Shown: positions 50,705 to 61,213, numbered from the stretch's first letter. The stretch: DNA of 64,000 nucleotides from a bacterium (GCA_965200245.1 CBDATS010000005.1:288001-352000), one strand, 5' to 3'. Program-made: numbers and translations. The notes: generated from the sequence alone by a model not told the origin.

Positions 50705-53500
50705 ATGGAGATGAATCCGCAGGAAATCGAAAAGACGCCGATAGGCGGGAACGGCTCGTCCGCGAACGGGGCGAACCTGGACGGCTCCGGCGATTCGAGA
50801 TATCCGCCAGACTCGACGGACGTTCCCGCAGACGAGATCGAATCGGAACTCGACAGAATTGAAAGGGATGAGTGGATCGAATCGCTCGACTACGTACTCC
50901 AGATCAAGGGTCCCGAGCGAACGAAGGCGCTGCTTCGAGACTTGCAGGTCCATGCCGTACGATCGGGCGTCGTACGGCCATTTTCAGCGAATACCCCCTA
51001 CATCAACACAATCCCACTGGAAAAACAGCCGCCGTTCCCCGGGGATCGGGCTATAGAGCGGCGCATCAAAAGCCTCGTCCGCTGGAATGCGATGGCCATG
51101 GTGGTGCGCGCCAACAAGGAAGACTCCTCCATCGGCGGACACATCTCCACCTACGCCTCGGCGGCCACGCTTCTGGAAATCGGGTTCAACCACTTCTTCC
51201 GGGGCAAGGACCACCCCTGCGGCGGTGACATCATCTACTTCCAGGGCCACAGCGCACCTGGCATCTACGCGAGGGCGTTCCTTGAGGGACGCCTGACGGA
51301 GCGGAACCTCGAGAACTTCCGGCGAGAACTCAGAGCAGGTGGTGGCCTCTCCTCCTACCCGCATCCCTGGCTTATGCCCGATTTCTGGGAATTTCCCACC
51401 GTGTCGATGGGTCTTTCCCCGCTGATGGCAATCTACCAGGCACGCTATCTGCATTACCTGGAAGACCGGGACCTCAAGCCTGCGACGGGTCAGAAGGTTT
51501 GGGCGTTTCTGGGCGACGGTGAGATGGACGAACCCGAATCGCTCGGCGCAATTACCCTGGCCGCACGGGAGAAGCTCGACAACCTCATTTTCGTCATCAA
51601 CTGCAATCTTCAGCGCCTCGACGGTCCGGTGCGGGGCAACGGAAAAATAATCCAGGAACTCGAGGCCGCCTTCCGGGGCGCGCGTTGGAACATTATCAAG
51701 GTCATCTGGGGCGACGACTGGGACCCTCTCGTCGCAATGGATGACGAGGGCGTTCTGCTCCGGCGAATGAACGAGACTGTTGACGGCCAGTACCAGAAAT
51801 ACAGCGTCGAGACCCTCAGGAGAGGCGACTACGTGCGCGAGCACTTCTTCGCAGGAGACCCGCGATTGCAGGCGATGGCCGACACCATGACCGACACCCA
51901 ACTTTATCGAATGCGCCGCGGCGGGCACGACCCCGAAAAAGTGTTCGCCGCCTATCAAGCCGCCATGGCGTGCAAGGATCGTCCCACGGTCATCCTTGCC
52001 AAAACGATAAAGGGCTACGGACTTGGCGAGGGCGGCGAGGGCAGGAACGTTACCCACCAGCAGAAAAAGCTCAACGAGGATGAACTCAAGGAATTCCGGA
52101 CGCGTTTCGAGATCCCAATATCTGACGAGGAAGTGGCTCAGGCACCGTTTTACAGGCCGGCGGACAACAGTCCCGAAATTCTATACCTCAAGGACAAACG
52201 GGAAAAACTCGGCGGGTATGTTCCCGCGAGACGAAACGTTTTCACGCCACTCAAGCCGCCGCCCGGTTCGTTGTTCGAGGAGTTCCAGCAAGGTACGGAG
52301 GGGCGCGAAGTCTCGACTACCATGGTGTTCGTCAGAATCTTGAGCAGGCTTCTCCGCGACAAGGGGCTCGGCAATCTCATCGTGCCCATCGTACCCGACG
52401 AGGCCAGAACATTCGGCATGGAAACCCTCTTCAGGCAAATCGGAATCTATTCCCACATCGGCCAGTTGTACGAACCCGTCGACCGCGACAGCCTTCTGAA
52501 TTACAGGGAAGCCCGGGACGGACAAATACTCGAAGAAGGAATCACCGAAGCGGGTTCGATGGCTTCATTTATCGCCGCCGGAACCGCATACGCCACCCAT
52601 GGCGTAAATACCATCCCGTTTTACATCTACTACTCGATGTTCGGCTTGCAGCGAATCGGCGATCTCATATGGGCGGCAGCAGATATGTGCGCGCGGGGTT
52701 TCCTGATCGGGGGAACAGCCGGCAGGACCACCCTCAACGGGGAGGGGCTCCAGCACCAGGACGGCAATAGCCACCACCTCGCGTATCCCGTACCCAACCT
52801 GCTCACCTACGACCCGGCGTTTGCCTACGAGATGGCGGTAATTATCGAGGACGGGATTCGCAGGATGTACCAGGAACAGGAGAATATCTTCTATTACCTC
52901 ACCGCCTACAACGAGAACTACGCCATGCCGCCGATGCCGGAAGGGGTGCATGAGGGCATTTTGAAAGGCATGTATCTCTTCAAGGGTTCGGAGACAGACT
53001 CCGGCCTGAAAGCGCAGTTGCTGGGCAGCGGTACCATTATGAACGAGGTGCTCAAGGCGCAGGAAATCCTTGGGAAACAATATTCGATTTCCGCGGACGT
53101 CTGGAGCGTGACGAGTTACAAGGAACTCCGACGCGACGCCCTTGAAGCCGAGCGATGGAATATGCTGCACCCCGACAGCGCGCCGAAAGTACCTTATGTG
53201 ACGCAATGCCTCGCACGTACGCCCGGCATTTGCGTGGCAGCCACCGATTACGTGAAAGCTATACCCGATTCGGTCTCGAAATGGGTGCCCAGACCCATGA
53301 TTTCGCTGGGAACCGAGGGTTTCGGAAGAAGCGAGTCAAGAGAATCACTGAGAGATTTCTTCGAAATCGACGCACGTTATATTACACTCGCCACCTTGTA
53401 CAGCCTGGCGCGCGAGAAGAAGATATATCCCGAACTCGTGAACAAGGCAATGAAAGACCTGGATATCGACCCTGAAAAAAGCAACCCGATGACTTCCTGA
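50705..53500 (+). CDS. aceE: Pyruvate dehydrogenase E1 (homodimeric type)
   Basis: GGHIST, FQGH, GDGEMDE, NCNLQRLDGP, PDEARTFG, GEGLQHQDG; start approximate. Confidence 0.95.
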   Translation: MEMNPQEIEKTPIGGNGSSANGANLDGSGDSRYPPDSTDVPADEIESELDRIERDEWIESLDYVLQIKGPERTKALLRDLQVHAVRSGVVRPFSANTPYINTIPLEKQPPFPGDRAIERRIKSLVRWNAMAMVVRANKEDSSIGGHISTYASAATLLEIGFNHFFRGKDHPCGGDIIYFQGHSAPGIYARAFLEGRLTERNLENFRRELRAGGGLSSYPHPWLMPDFWEFPTVSMGLSPLMAIYQARYLHYLEDRDLKPATGQKVWAFLGDGEMDEPESLGAITLAAREKLDNLIFVINCNLQRLDGPVRGNGKIIQELEAAFRGARWNIIKVIWGDDWDPLVAMDDEGVLLRRMNETVDGQYQKYSVETLRRGDYVREHFFAGDPRLQAMADTMTDTQLYRMRRGGHDPEKVFAAYQAAMACKDRPTVILAKTIKGYGLGEGGEGRNVTHQQKKLNEDELKEFRTRFEIPISDEEVAQAPFYRPADNSPEILYLKDKREKLGGYVPARRNVFTPLKPPPGSLFEEFQQGTEGREVSTTMVFVRILSRLLRDKGLGNLIVPIVPDEARTFGMETLFRQIGIYSHIGQLYEPVDRDSLLNYREARDGQILEEGITEAGSMASFIAAGTAYATHGVNTIPFYIYYSMFGLQRIGDLIWAAADMCARGFLIGGTAGRTTLNGEGLQHQDGNSHHLAYPVPNLLTYDPAFAYEMAVIIEDGIRRMYQEQENIFYYLTAYNENYAMPPMPEGVHEGILKGMYLFKGSETDSGLKAQLLGSGTIMNEVLKAQEILGKQYSISADVWSVTSYKELRRDALEAERWNMLHPDSAPKVPYVTQCLARTPGICVAATDYVKAIPDSVSKWVPRPMISLGTEGFGRSESRESLRDFFEIDARYITLATLYSLAREKKIYPELVNKAMKDLDIDPEKSNPMTS

Positions 53501-53520
53501 TTCAAATCCCGAGGGAGTTC

Positions 53521-54921
53521 ATGGCCATCGAACTCAAACTCCCCGAATTCGGGGAAAACATCACGTCCGGAAAAGTGATCGCCGTCCTAGTGAATGTGGG
53601 AGAAACAATAGAGGCGGATCAGTCGGTCATCGAAGTGGAAACTGACAAGGCGCTGATTGAAGTCCCCTCTTCCGTCGGGGGCAGGATAACGGAAATCCAT
53701 CTCAAACCCGGCGATGACGCCAAAGTAGGAGGAACCATTCTCGTCATCGAGGAAAGCGAAGGCGACACGGGGACTGTTCCGAAAGATGAAATTTTTGAGG
53801 AAATCACTTCGAGTACCGACGAGCCGACGGAACCGCAAGAAACTCAACCCATGCCACCAGACGAGACCTCTCCTGCGACGCAGGCCGAAGAACCCGTCAC
53901 GGAAGATGCCGCATCTTCGGGGGTTTCTCCCGGTTCCGAAGGGGTCCCACCCGAAACGCCTGCACCGGAGACTCCCGAAACCTCTGCACCGGTATCCCCC
54001 CAAAAACCCGCGCCCGCTGCACCCTCCGTGCGAAGAGTCGCTCGTGAGGCGGGTGTCGACATAAGCGACGTGCCGGGCAGCGGGATTGGAGGCAGGATAT
54101 CCGCGCAAGATGTTCGGGACTTCGTGGCGGCGCAAGGTGGAGCCACCGTGCCAGATACACCTGCGCCCGTGCTGTTGAGTGCGCCCGTTCAATTGCCCGA
54201 CCTCGCCCGCTGGGGAGAGATTGAACGCACGCCAATGTCTGGAATCAGACGTTCGACCTCGATGAACCTCTCCCGCTCGTGGACCCAGATCCCCCATGTG
54301 ACCCAGTGCGAAAAAGCCGATATTTCAGAACTCGATGCATTGAGAAAAAAATTCGCCCCGAAGGCGGAGGCCGCAGGCGGCAAACTCACCATCACCGCCA
54401 TTTTGATGAAAGTCATCGCCTCGTCCCTCAAGGTATTCCCGCAATTCAACGCGAGCGTTGACGCGGCGTCGAATGAAATCGTCTACAAGAACTACGTGCA
54501 CGTGGGCGTCGCTGTGGACACCGAAAACGGTCTGCTCGTCCCGGTGATTCGGGATGCTGGCAGGAAGAACATCATCGAACTTTCCGTGGAACTGAACGAA
54601 GTTGCGGAGCGCGCCCGCGCACGGAAACTCTCGCCGGACGAGATGCAGGGCGGTTCTATCACCATCACGAATCTGGGTGGCTTCGGCGGGACGTATTTCA
54701 CCCCGATAGTGAACTGGCCCGAAATCGCCATACTCGGCGTCTCCCGGGCACGAATGGAACCGGTGTGGAAGGCGGCCGAGGAGAAATTCGAACCGCGCCT
54801 CATGCTTCCACTTATGGTTTCATACGATCACCGCGTCATCGACGGGGCAGACGGCGTCAAATTCCTGAGGTGGGTGGCTGACGCACTCGAAGAACCCATG
54901 CTCATGAGCCTTGAGGGTTGA
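53521..54921 (+). CDS. aceF: Dihydrolipoamide acetyltransferase E2, single lipoyl domain
   Basis: ETDKA lipoyl site, PSVRR..GSG.GGRI E3-binding domain, DHRVIDG. Confidence 0.92.
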   Translation: MAIELKLPEFGENITSGKVIAVLVNVGETIEADQSVIEVETDKALIEVPSSVGGRITEIHLKPGDDAKVGGTILVIEESEGDTGTVPKDEIFEEITSSTDEPTEPQETQPMPPDETSPATQAEEPVTEDAASSGVSPGSEGVPPETPAPETPETSAPVSPQKPAPAAPSVRRVAREAGVDISDVPGSGIGGRISAQDVRDFVAAQGGATVPDTPAPVLLSAPVQLPDLARWGEIERTPMSGIRRSTSMNLSRSWTQIPHVTQCEKADISELDALRKKFAPKAEAAGGKLTITAILMKVIASSLKVFPQFNASVDAASNEIVYKNYVHVGVAVDTENGLLVPVIRDAGRKNIIELSVELNEVAERARARKLSPDEMQGGSITITNLGGFGGTYFTPIVNWPEIAILGVSRARMEPVWKAAEEKFEPRLMLPLMVSYDHRVIDGADGVKFLRWVADALEEPMLMSLEG

Positions 54922-55086
54922 ACCAGCCTCTCGAAGCGAGATGCATCAGCCTGACTGGGTATGAGAACACAACCCACCCTCATGAACCTTCCAGTTTGAG
55001 CACCCCCACCGGCGCCCACAGAAACCTCCGGGTATGATTCCATCCGCCCGTGGTTTCCGCCAATTCGTCTTTGGGGTACATATTCG

Positions 55087-55665
55087 ATGACAAATCTCCT
55101 GGGCGACTGGAATTTCCTTCAATCATGGTGGTGGAAACCCTACGTCAAACCCCTCATCGGCCTGGGCTGGTTCGCAGGTGTCATCGCCCTGGGAGCGATC
55201 ATCTTCTTAGCCGTCATGGGAAGCGCCAGACTCTCCGAGTATAGAGATGCCTTTTTCTCTCCCAAAGAACCCGAGATTCCCGAGGACGAAGCGGCCCTCG
55301 TCGAATTTATGGAGTCATTCTTCCCGGAAGCATCGGAAGATGACATCATCTTGATGGAGCAAATCCTTGACGAAGTGATAAAGGAGGATATTCATCCGCA
55401 AATGGCGCGCGAAATCGAGGCCCGGGGGATATCGGTCCGGCTCCTGGTGCTCCCGCCTCCCGAAATCGTACGTGCGGTGGGAAACTACCCTGTAGCCGCG
55501 TGGATTCCCTCCATCAACGCGATCGAGATCTACGCATCAATCGTCAAGAGCGAGTGTCGGCAGAACCCAAACCGTTACAAAGAACTGATAGGCGATTTGC
55601 TACTGCACGAGATCGGCCACGCACTGGGTCTGGATGAACCGAAAATCAAGGATTTCGGTGTGTAG
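55087..55665 (+). CDS. Membrane-anchored minimal zincin metallopeptidase-like protein
   Basis: N-terminal TM helix; LLHEIGHALG. Confidence 0.65.
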   Translation: MTNLLGDWNFLQSWWWKPYVKPLIGLGWFAGVIALGAIIFLAVMGSARLSEYRDAFFSPKEPEIPEDEAALVEFMESFFPEASEDDIILMEQILDEVIKEDIHPQMAREIEARGISVRLLVLPPPEIVRAVGNYPVAAWIPSINAIEIYASIVKSECRQNPNRYKELIGDLLLHEIGHALGLDEPKIKDFGV

Positions 55666-55670
55666 CGTTT

Positions 55671-57191
55671 CTAGTCGTGCGCTTCGTGCCCGTTCAGGTC
55701 GGCGGGGTCGGTCACCTCGATGCTTCCACTAAGCCCGAACAAGCGTTGCATCTTCTTCCTGAAAGAAGGCGTAAAGAGTTTTTCGGCGTAAAACCGGCCT
55801 GCCACCCTTTTGTTCACCTGCGCGAGCGTGGGATATACGTGCACCGTATCCACTACTTCCTTGATGTGCATTTTCTTGCGGACGGCCAGTACGAACTCGT
55901 GCAGTATCTCCCCCGCCGCAGGTCCAACCAAGTCGGCCCCCACGAGCCTACCCTTCTCGTCGCACACGACCTTGCACACACCCTCCGTCTCCCCGTCCAG
56001 GACTGCGCGGTCCACCCGGCTCATCGGAAAACGCAAGACCTGAAATCGATTCGCCCCCAAGGCAGCCTCGGCGTCGGCTTCACTCAAGCCCACGTGCGCT
56101 GCCTCGGGTGTTGTATAGATGGTCCACGGCACGGCATCATAGCTGGCCTTTTTCTTGAGGAACGGGACAGGAATCCCGAAAGGCGAACTGAAGAGCATGT
56201 TCCTGAGTGCCACTCCCGCCTCGTACTCGGCCATGTGAGTGAAGAGATACTGACCCCTGATATCACCGGCGGAGAAAATACGGGGATTCGTGGTTTGCAG
56301 ATATTCATCCGTCTCCACGCCGCGTCGGGAGTATTTGACGCCCGCTTTTTCCAGATCCATCCCGCCGACGTTGGGTGTTCGGCCAGTCGCGATCAAGAGT
56401 TGATCGCAGGTCCATTCCCTCTTCCCCGACGGCGTATCGGCCTGCAAAAATATCTCTTCGCCACGTTTCTCGATTCTTTGCGTATCCACATTGAAATGGA
56501 GTCGGAGACCGGACTGCGTCAGGGAATCAGAGAGAATCCCGGCCATTTCCTTGTCGAGTCTCGGGAGGAGTTTCGGCGCGCTTTGCAATACCTCCACCTC
56601 GGCGCCGAGTTGCTGAAAGGCCTGGGACAGTTCCAGACCGATGGGACCGGCCCCCAGCACTACCAAGCGCCTCGGCAACTCCTCCAGGTCGAAAACGGTT
56701 TCGTTCGTGAGGTAGGGCACGTCGTCGATACCGGCGATAAGCGGCACGAAGGGAGAACTCCCCGTTGCCAGCAAGAACCTTTTGGCCCGCAGGGTTCTGG
56801 CCCCTACCTGAAACGTATCGGGACCGGAAAAGGCTCCATCCCCGAATATCACTTCGATGCCCATGCCCTCGAAGCGCTCGGGCGCGTCGTGTTCGCCGAT
56901 GTGGGCCTGGGCCGCTTTCATGCGCTTCATGACGCGGGGGAAATCGATACGCACTTCGCCCACATCAACCCCGAACTCGGACATCGAGCGTGCCTGTGCT
57001 GCCAGCCGCGCCGAGCGGATCAACCCTTTCGAGGGCACGCATCCATAGTTCAGACAGTCACCTCCGAGCTTTGTCTTCTCGACGAGCGCGACCTTGGCAC
57101 CCAGTTGCGCTGCACCAACGGACGCCACCAGACCGCCGACCCCTCCACCGATTGCTACCAAATCAAACCCAGACTCTTTTTGCATCTTCAC
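55671..57191 (-). CDS. Class I pyridine nucleotide-disulfide oxidoreductase (mercuric-reductase-like, no C-terminal Cys pair)
   Basis: GGDCLNYGCVPSK, GAGPIG, ATGRTPN, HVYPT. Confidence 0.85.
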   Translation of the reverse strand: MKMQKESGFDLVAIGGGVGGLVASVGAAQLGAKVALVEKTKLGGDCLNYGCVPSKGLIRSARLAAQARSMSEFGVDVGEVRIDFPRVMKRMKAAQAHIGEHDAPERFEGMGIEVIFGDGAFSGPDTFQVGARTLRAKRFLLATGSSPFVPLIAGIDDVPYLTNETVFDLEELPRRLVVLGAGPIGLELSQAFQQLGAEVEVLQSAPKLLPRLDKEMAGILSDSLTQSGLRLHFNVDTQRIEKRGEEIFLQADTPSGKREWTCDQLLIATGRTPNVGGMDLEKAGVKYSRRGVETDEYLQTTNPRIFSAGDIRGQYLFTHMAEYEAGVALRNMLFSSPFGIPVPFLKKKASYDAVPWTIYTTPEAAHVGLSEADAEAALGANRFQVLRFPMSRVDRAVLDGETEGVCKVVCDEKGRLVGADLVGPAAGEILHEFVLAVRKKMHIKEVVDTVHVYPTLAQVNKRVAGRFYAEKLFTPSFRKKMQRLFGLSGSIEVTDPADLNGHEAHD

Positions 57192-57245
57192 ATCCTCTCA
57201 ATACGGCAAAAAACGCTTATCCTGCGAAAACTCGGAACAACCCGC

Positions 57246-58772
57246 TCAGGACGCCTCCCTGTCCAGCAGTTTGAACCCGAAGGCGAAAAACAGGATTGCC
57301 ATGAACAGATAACCGGCGGCTATGCCGGGCGCCGCCCCCCAACCGAAGAAGCTGACGACACCACCGGGCGTGATCCGCCAGGCGTGGATGACCCCGAACC
57401 AGCTCAATACCGCTCCGGCCAACGCCCACCCTCCCGCCTGTTTCGGCTCCTTGTCGAGAAGTTTCGCAACGATGGCTGTCAGGATGACTGACGTGAAAAG
57501 AAAGCCGCGCTCCAGGGTGACCATACCCACGAGATGGAATCCCGCCTTGGCAAACGCTTCCTCTCCCACCTTCCACAAGCTCGTGCCCGCTCCCCTCAGG
57601 GAGGATTCCACCATCAGCAGACCCCACGCGGCGATGGCGGGTATCAAGCCGATCACTACAGCCGGACCGTGGCGCGCAGGTGAAGCCTGAAACGCCTGGG
57701 TGAGCATCATCACCCCGATCCAGAGCATGAGTGCGAAGAGCGCATCACCGGGGATGATCTTCGAAAGTGCCGCAATCGAACCGGTGAAGCACAGAACCGT
57801 CATCACGACCCCGTTCAAGGCACTGTAACCTGCGCGGGCACCCATCTTCTTCCAACCCGGATGTCCTATATATATGGTTGTTGGAAAACAACTCCCCAGA
57901 CATGCCGCAAGCAGCGAGCCCGCGCCATTCACCGCCAGGGAACTGCTCGTCTCGTAATCATCGCCCGCGGCAGCTGCGCTTTCCAGACACATCAGGCTGC
58001 CCACCAGCGTCATCAGACCCATGGGAATGGAAACCGCGAGGTAATCCCAAGCCAGCGGACCGAAGAGAGCATCAAACAAAGGACCAAAGGCGGAAGATGG
58101 AATCGCAAGACCCACAGGCGCGGGAATTCCTTCCGGAAATCCCTTGACGATGGCGGACAAAACCACTCCCGCCGCCACCGCCACGAGGCCGCCCGGCAAT
58201 CCGAAAGGAAAGCGGAACCCGCCGAAATAATGGACGAGGATGATCCCCAAGGGAATCATGGCGACAAGCGGGTGCTCCCAGATTCTGAAGGCGAAATCCA
58301 TCGAGATAAACGTGAGCGCGATGCCTCCCAAAGCCGAGAGCAAAGCGGTACGCGGCGCGACCCGCCTGATATGCTTACCCAACAGCGAACCCGCCGTTTC
58401 GATTATCCCGCTCACAAAACAGGCCGCCAGACCCGCCTGCCAGGCCGCCTCGGCGCTTCCGGTCTTGAGTTTCACGGGCAGCATCACGAAAAAGATGAAC
58501 GCGAAAAGTGTGACCGTGTTGATACCGTAGGGCATGGCGGTTACATCGTCCCGGTCCTCGCGCACAGCCAGGCGCCGCGCCTGCCAGGTGTAGAAGAGGT
58601 TCCCGCCCAGAAGACTCAGGGCCGCTGCAGGCAGCACGCGCGCGAAGATGAGTGAATCGGGAAAACCCAGCAGCCCTTTCAGGAAACTCACTATCAACAG
58701 AAGATTAATTAGGTTGTCCATCCACAGGCCAAAGAAGCCGTCGACGTCACCCTTCACGAACCATTTGGGCAT
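57246..58772 (-). CDS. NCS2/AzgA-like nucleobase permease
   Basis: GDVDGFFG, TAMPYGIN, ESAAAAGD.Y, PTTIYIGHPG.K.MGAR.GY; many TM helices. Confidence 0.8.
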   Translation of the reverse strand: MPKWFVKGDVDGFFGLWMDNLINLLLIVSFLKGLLGFPDSLIFARVLPAAALSLLGGNLFYTWQARRLAVREDRDDVTAMPYGINTVTLFAFIFFVMLPVKLKTGSAEAAWQAGLAACFVSGIIETAGSLLGKHIRRVAPRTALLSALGGIALTFISMDFAFRIWEHPLVAMIPLGIILVHYFGGFRFPFGLPGGLVAVAAGVVLSAIVKGFPEGIPAPVGLAIPSSAFGPLFDALFGPLAWDYLAVSIPMGLMTLVGSLMCLESAAAAGDDYETSSSLAVNGAGSLLAACLGSCFPTTIYIGHPGWKKMGARAGYSALNGVVMTVLCFTGSIAALSKIIPGDALFALMLWIGVMMLTQAFQASPARHGPAVVIGLIPAIAAWGLLMVESSLRGAGTSLWKVGEEAFAKAGFHLVGMVTLERGFLFTSVILTAIVAKLLDKEPKQAGGWALAGAVLSWFGVIHAWRITPGGVVSFFGWGAAPGIAAGYLFMAILFFAFGFKLLDREAS

Positions 58773-58944
58773 CCGGGTCCCCCTGCTCAAGACCGGCAAG
58801 TTCCAACCGAGCGCGACTCGTCCAGGATAGTAATACACGCTGCCTGATTCGCCAAAACACCCAGGCCTTTTTCTCAACCCGGTCGTTTTGATATGCTCTA
58901 TTCATAAACAAATAACCCTTTAGCGATCACCAGGGAGAAAAGCG

Positions 58945-59697
58945 ATGGAAGCTGTCAAAGTCTACACGCGGCACGGTTGATATACCTGCGCACTTACGAG
59001 AGAGTTTCTCTCGTCCAATGGCCTTGAAGTCTTAAACCGCGACTGCACGAACGATGCCGAAGCACAGGCCGAACTCAAGGAGCTTGGCATCAAGGCCCTG
59101 CCTGTCGCCGTTCGAGGTGAGAATGTGGTGGTGGGCTATGATGTGGACGCGCTCCGCGAGGCTTTCGACATCGAACAGGAAGGCACAGGCCCCCTCTCGC
59201 CCGAAAAGATGCTCCACTATTTCGAGATGGTCTTTGACGCACTGCGCCGCGTCGTTCGCCAGATACCGCACGAAACGCTCAACTGGGTATCTCCGGGCAG
59301 GCCCCGCACGCTGCGCCAACTCACCTGGCACAGCTTCGAACGTCCCGATATCGTGATGCAGACCTTTGCAACGGGCGAATACACCGAGGGGATGGTGCGC
59401 CGCTACGAGACGCTAGCGAACGACTACAACACCACAGAAGACATTTGCGCCTACGGCGATGAAATACAGGCGAAGCTCACCGATTTTCTCACCGCAGGCC
59501 GCGAGGCGCTGGCACAGAAGGTGTCGAGCTACATGGGACCCATCACCGTACATGAGTTGATGATTCTCGCACTTGGGCACGCCTTCCAGCATCTGCGGCA
59601 AACCTATCATTATTTTGAAATGCTGGAGATTACGCCGGAAAATCCTCTAGAGCCCGAGGACTACGCAGAGGTGCCCGTGCCCAAGGATCTGTTCTAG
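58945..59697 (+). CDS. Glutaredoxin/NrdH-like (Sec12, UYTC) - DinB domain fusion, predicted selenoprotein
   Basis: SD GGGAG, ATG 58945, VKVYTRHG-TGA(58978-58980)-YTC..TREFL...G.KALPV....VVGYD in frame with ORF 59125..59697; DinB motif LTWH...HAFQH. Confidence 0.85.
58996..59014 (+). promoter_or_regulatory. Candidate bacterial SECIS hairpin
   Basis: Perfect 8-bp stem ACGAGAGA-GTT-TCTCTCGT, G-initiated loop 23 nt after UGA. Confidence 0.7.
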
Positions 59698-59727
59698 TCC
59701 AGACCTGAATTTCGAGGAGGTCGTCCG

Positions 59728-61005
59728 ATGCCCTCTAAAGACATGTTCCCTCTCCGCGCGAACCGCGCCCGCATGAGACGTGAATTCAACGCCCAGGCAA
59801 AGATCGGCAAATACGGAAAAACAGGCCTGGATCGCGTAGCCTTTACGCCGGCCTACAACGAGGTGTGCGACCTGGTCGAGGGCTGGATGAAGACGGCGGG
59901 TCTCGAAACCCGCGTCGACGCCGTGGGAAATCTGTACGGAAGAAAAGAGGGCCGCGTACGCGAGTTCCCCGCCGTAATGGCAGGCTCTCATCTCGATTCC
60001 CAAAGCCCGGGCGGGCGGTTCGACGGCCCCGCGGGCGTTCTTACTGCTCTGGAGGCAGTTCGGCGCATCAGCGAGACGGGACTCGACCACGACCATCCAA
60101 TCGTGGTGGTGGCCTTCGTGGGAGAGGAATCCGCATGCGGGATGACGGTGTTCGGCAGCAGCGTCGCCACGGGTGTCGCGGGGTTGAAGGACCTGAGGAA
60201 CACCGTGCATCCGCCCACTGGAAAATCGTTGTACGAGGCGATCGAGGCAGCGGGCGGGAATCCCTCGCGCGTGCGCTCGTGCCGGATACGGGAAGGATCG
60301 CTCAAGGCGTTCCTGGAGCTTCACATCGAACAGGGCCCTGTACTCGAGTCGGCCGAAGTACCCATCGGCATCGTGGACAAGGTAGTGGGATACACGAGAG
60401 GCGAGGTTCACTTCGAGGGAGTGGCGGCGCACTCGGGCGGACAACCCATGCCCTATCGCAATGATGCCGGTATGGCGGCGGCGGACTTTATGCTGCGCAT
60501 GGAGGACGCCGCGAGACGCGCACCCGAGTCCCAGCGTGTGACGATCACCTTCGGCGAAATGGAAGCGCTCCCCGGGTGGGTGTCCATCGTGCCAGGAGGT
60601 GCCAGGCTTTCCTTTGACCTCAGGAGCAGAAGCCAGGCGGTAATGGAAAGCACCCTTGCACGCATGGAAAAGACGCTCGCCGCCATCGAGAAACAACGCG
60701 GCGTGCGTGGCCGCCTCTCGGACATCAAAACACTGCCCGTCTGTCCCGCCTCCGCCAACATTCAACGGGCGCTCCGGCGCGCATCCAAGGAGACGGGCCA
60801 CGCCGCACTCACGCTTTCGAGCGGCGGAGTGCATGACGCCTGCCGCATGGCAACGATATGCCCGATGGGCATGGTATTCATCCCCTCGGTGGGTGGGCTT
60901 TCGCACACACCCGAGGAGTTCACTCACTTCGACGATATGGTGAAGGGGGCTGAAATCCTCGCATCCGCAATCGCACACCTCGCCAACGAGAACGTGAAAG
61001 CGTAA
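59728..61005 (+). CDS. M20 Zn amidohydrolase (allantoate amidohydrolase / N-carbamoyl-amino acid hydrolase family)
   Basis: GSHLDS, GGRFDG..GV, GEE, ELHIEQGP, HDA, SHTPEE. Confidence 0.9.
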   Translation: MPSKDMFPLRANRARMRREFNAQAKIGKYGKTGLDRVAFTPAYNEVCDLVEGWMKTAGLETRVDAVGNLYGRKEGRVREFPAVMAGSHLDSQSPGGRFDGPAGVLTALEAVRRISETGLDHDHPIVVVAFVGEESACGMTVFGSSVATGVAGLKDLRNTVHPPTGKSLYEAIEAAGGNPSRVRSCRIREGSLKAFLELHIEQGPVLESAEVPIGIVDKVVGYTRGEVHFEGVAAHSGGQPMPYRNDAGMAAADFMLRMEDAARRAPESQRVTITFGEMEALPGWVSIVPGGARLSFDLRSRSQAVMESTLARMEKTLAAIEKQRGVRGRLSDIKTLPVCPASANIQRALRRASKETGHAALTLSSGGVHDACRMATICPMGMVFIPSVGGLSHTPEEFTHFDDMVKGAEILASAIAHLANENVKA

Positions 61006-61213
61006 GGTGAAAACCTGCAGACGAATCGTTTCCTGTTCGCTCATGCTTCTCCCCCTGACATCCCGTCGATTCTATTTGTGAAGCGAGTTTTTTTGTGTTA
61101 GATTCCGCCGTCTAATCGCTCAGACAGGTAACAGGAATCTGTTGCCGCAGATTCTTTCGCGGCGTGATGTCTCGAAACCGGAGTTCCAAGGACAAAATCG
61201 AGAGGGAGAAAAA

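Noticed and set aside
55671-57191. Calling this gene merA or lpdA
   Set aside because: It lacks the C-terminal Cys-Cys of MerA and the HPTxxE motif of E3; no mer genes nearby
55677-57491. 604-aa plus-strand ORF
   Set aside because: Antisense shadow of the disulfide reductase
59647-61044. 465-aa minus-strand ORF
   Set aside because: Antisense shadow of the M20 amidohydrolase
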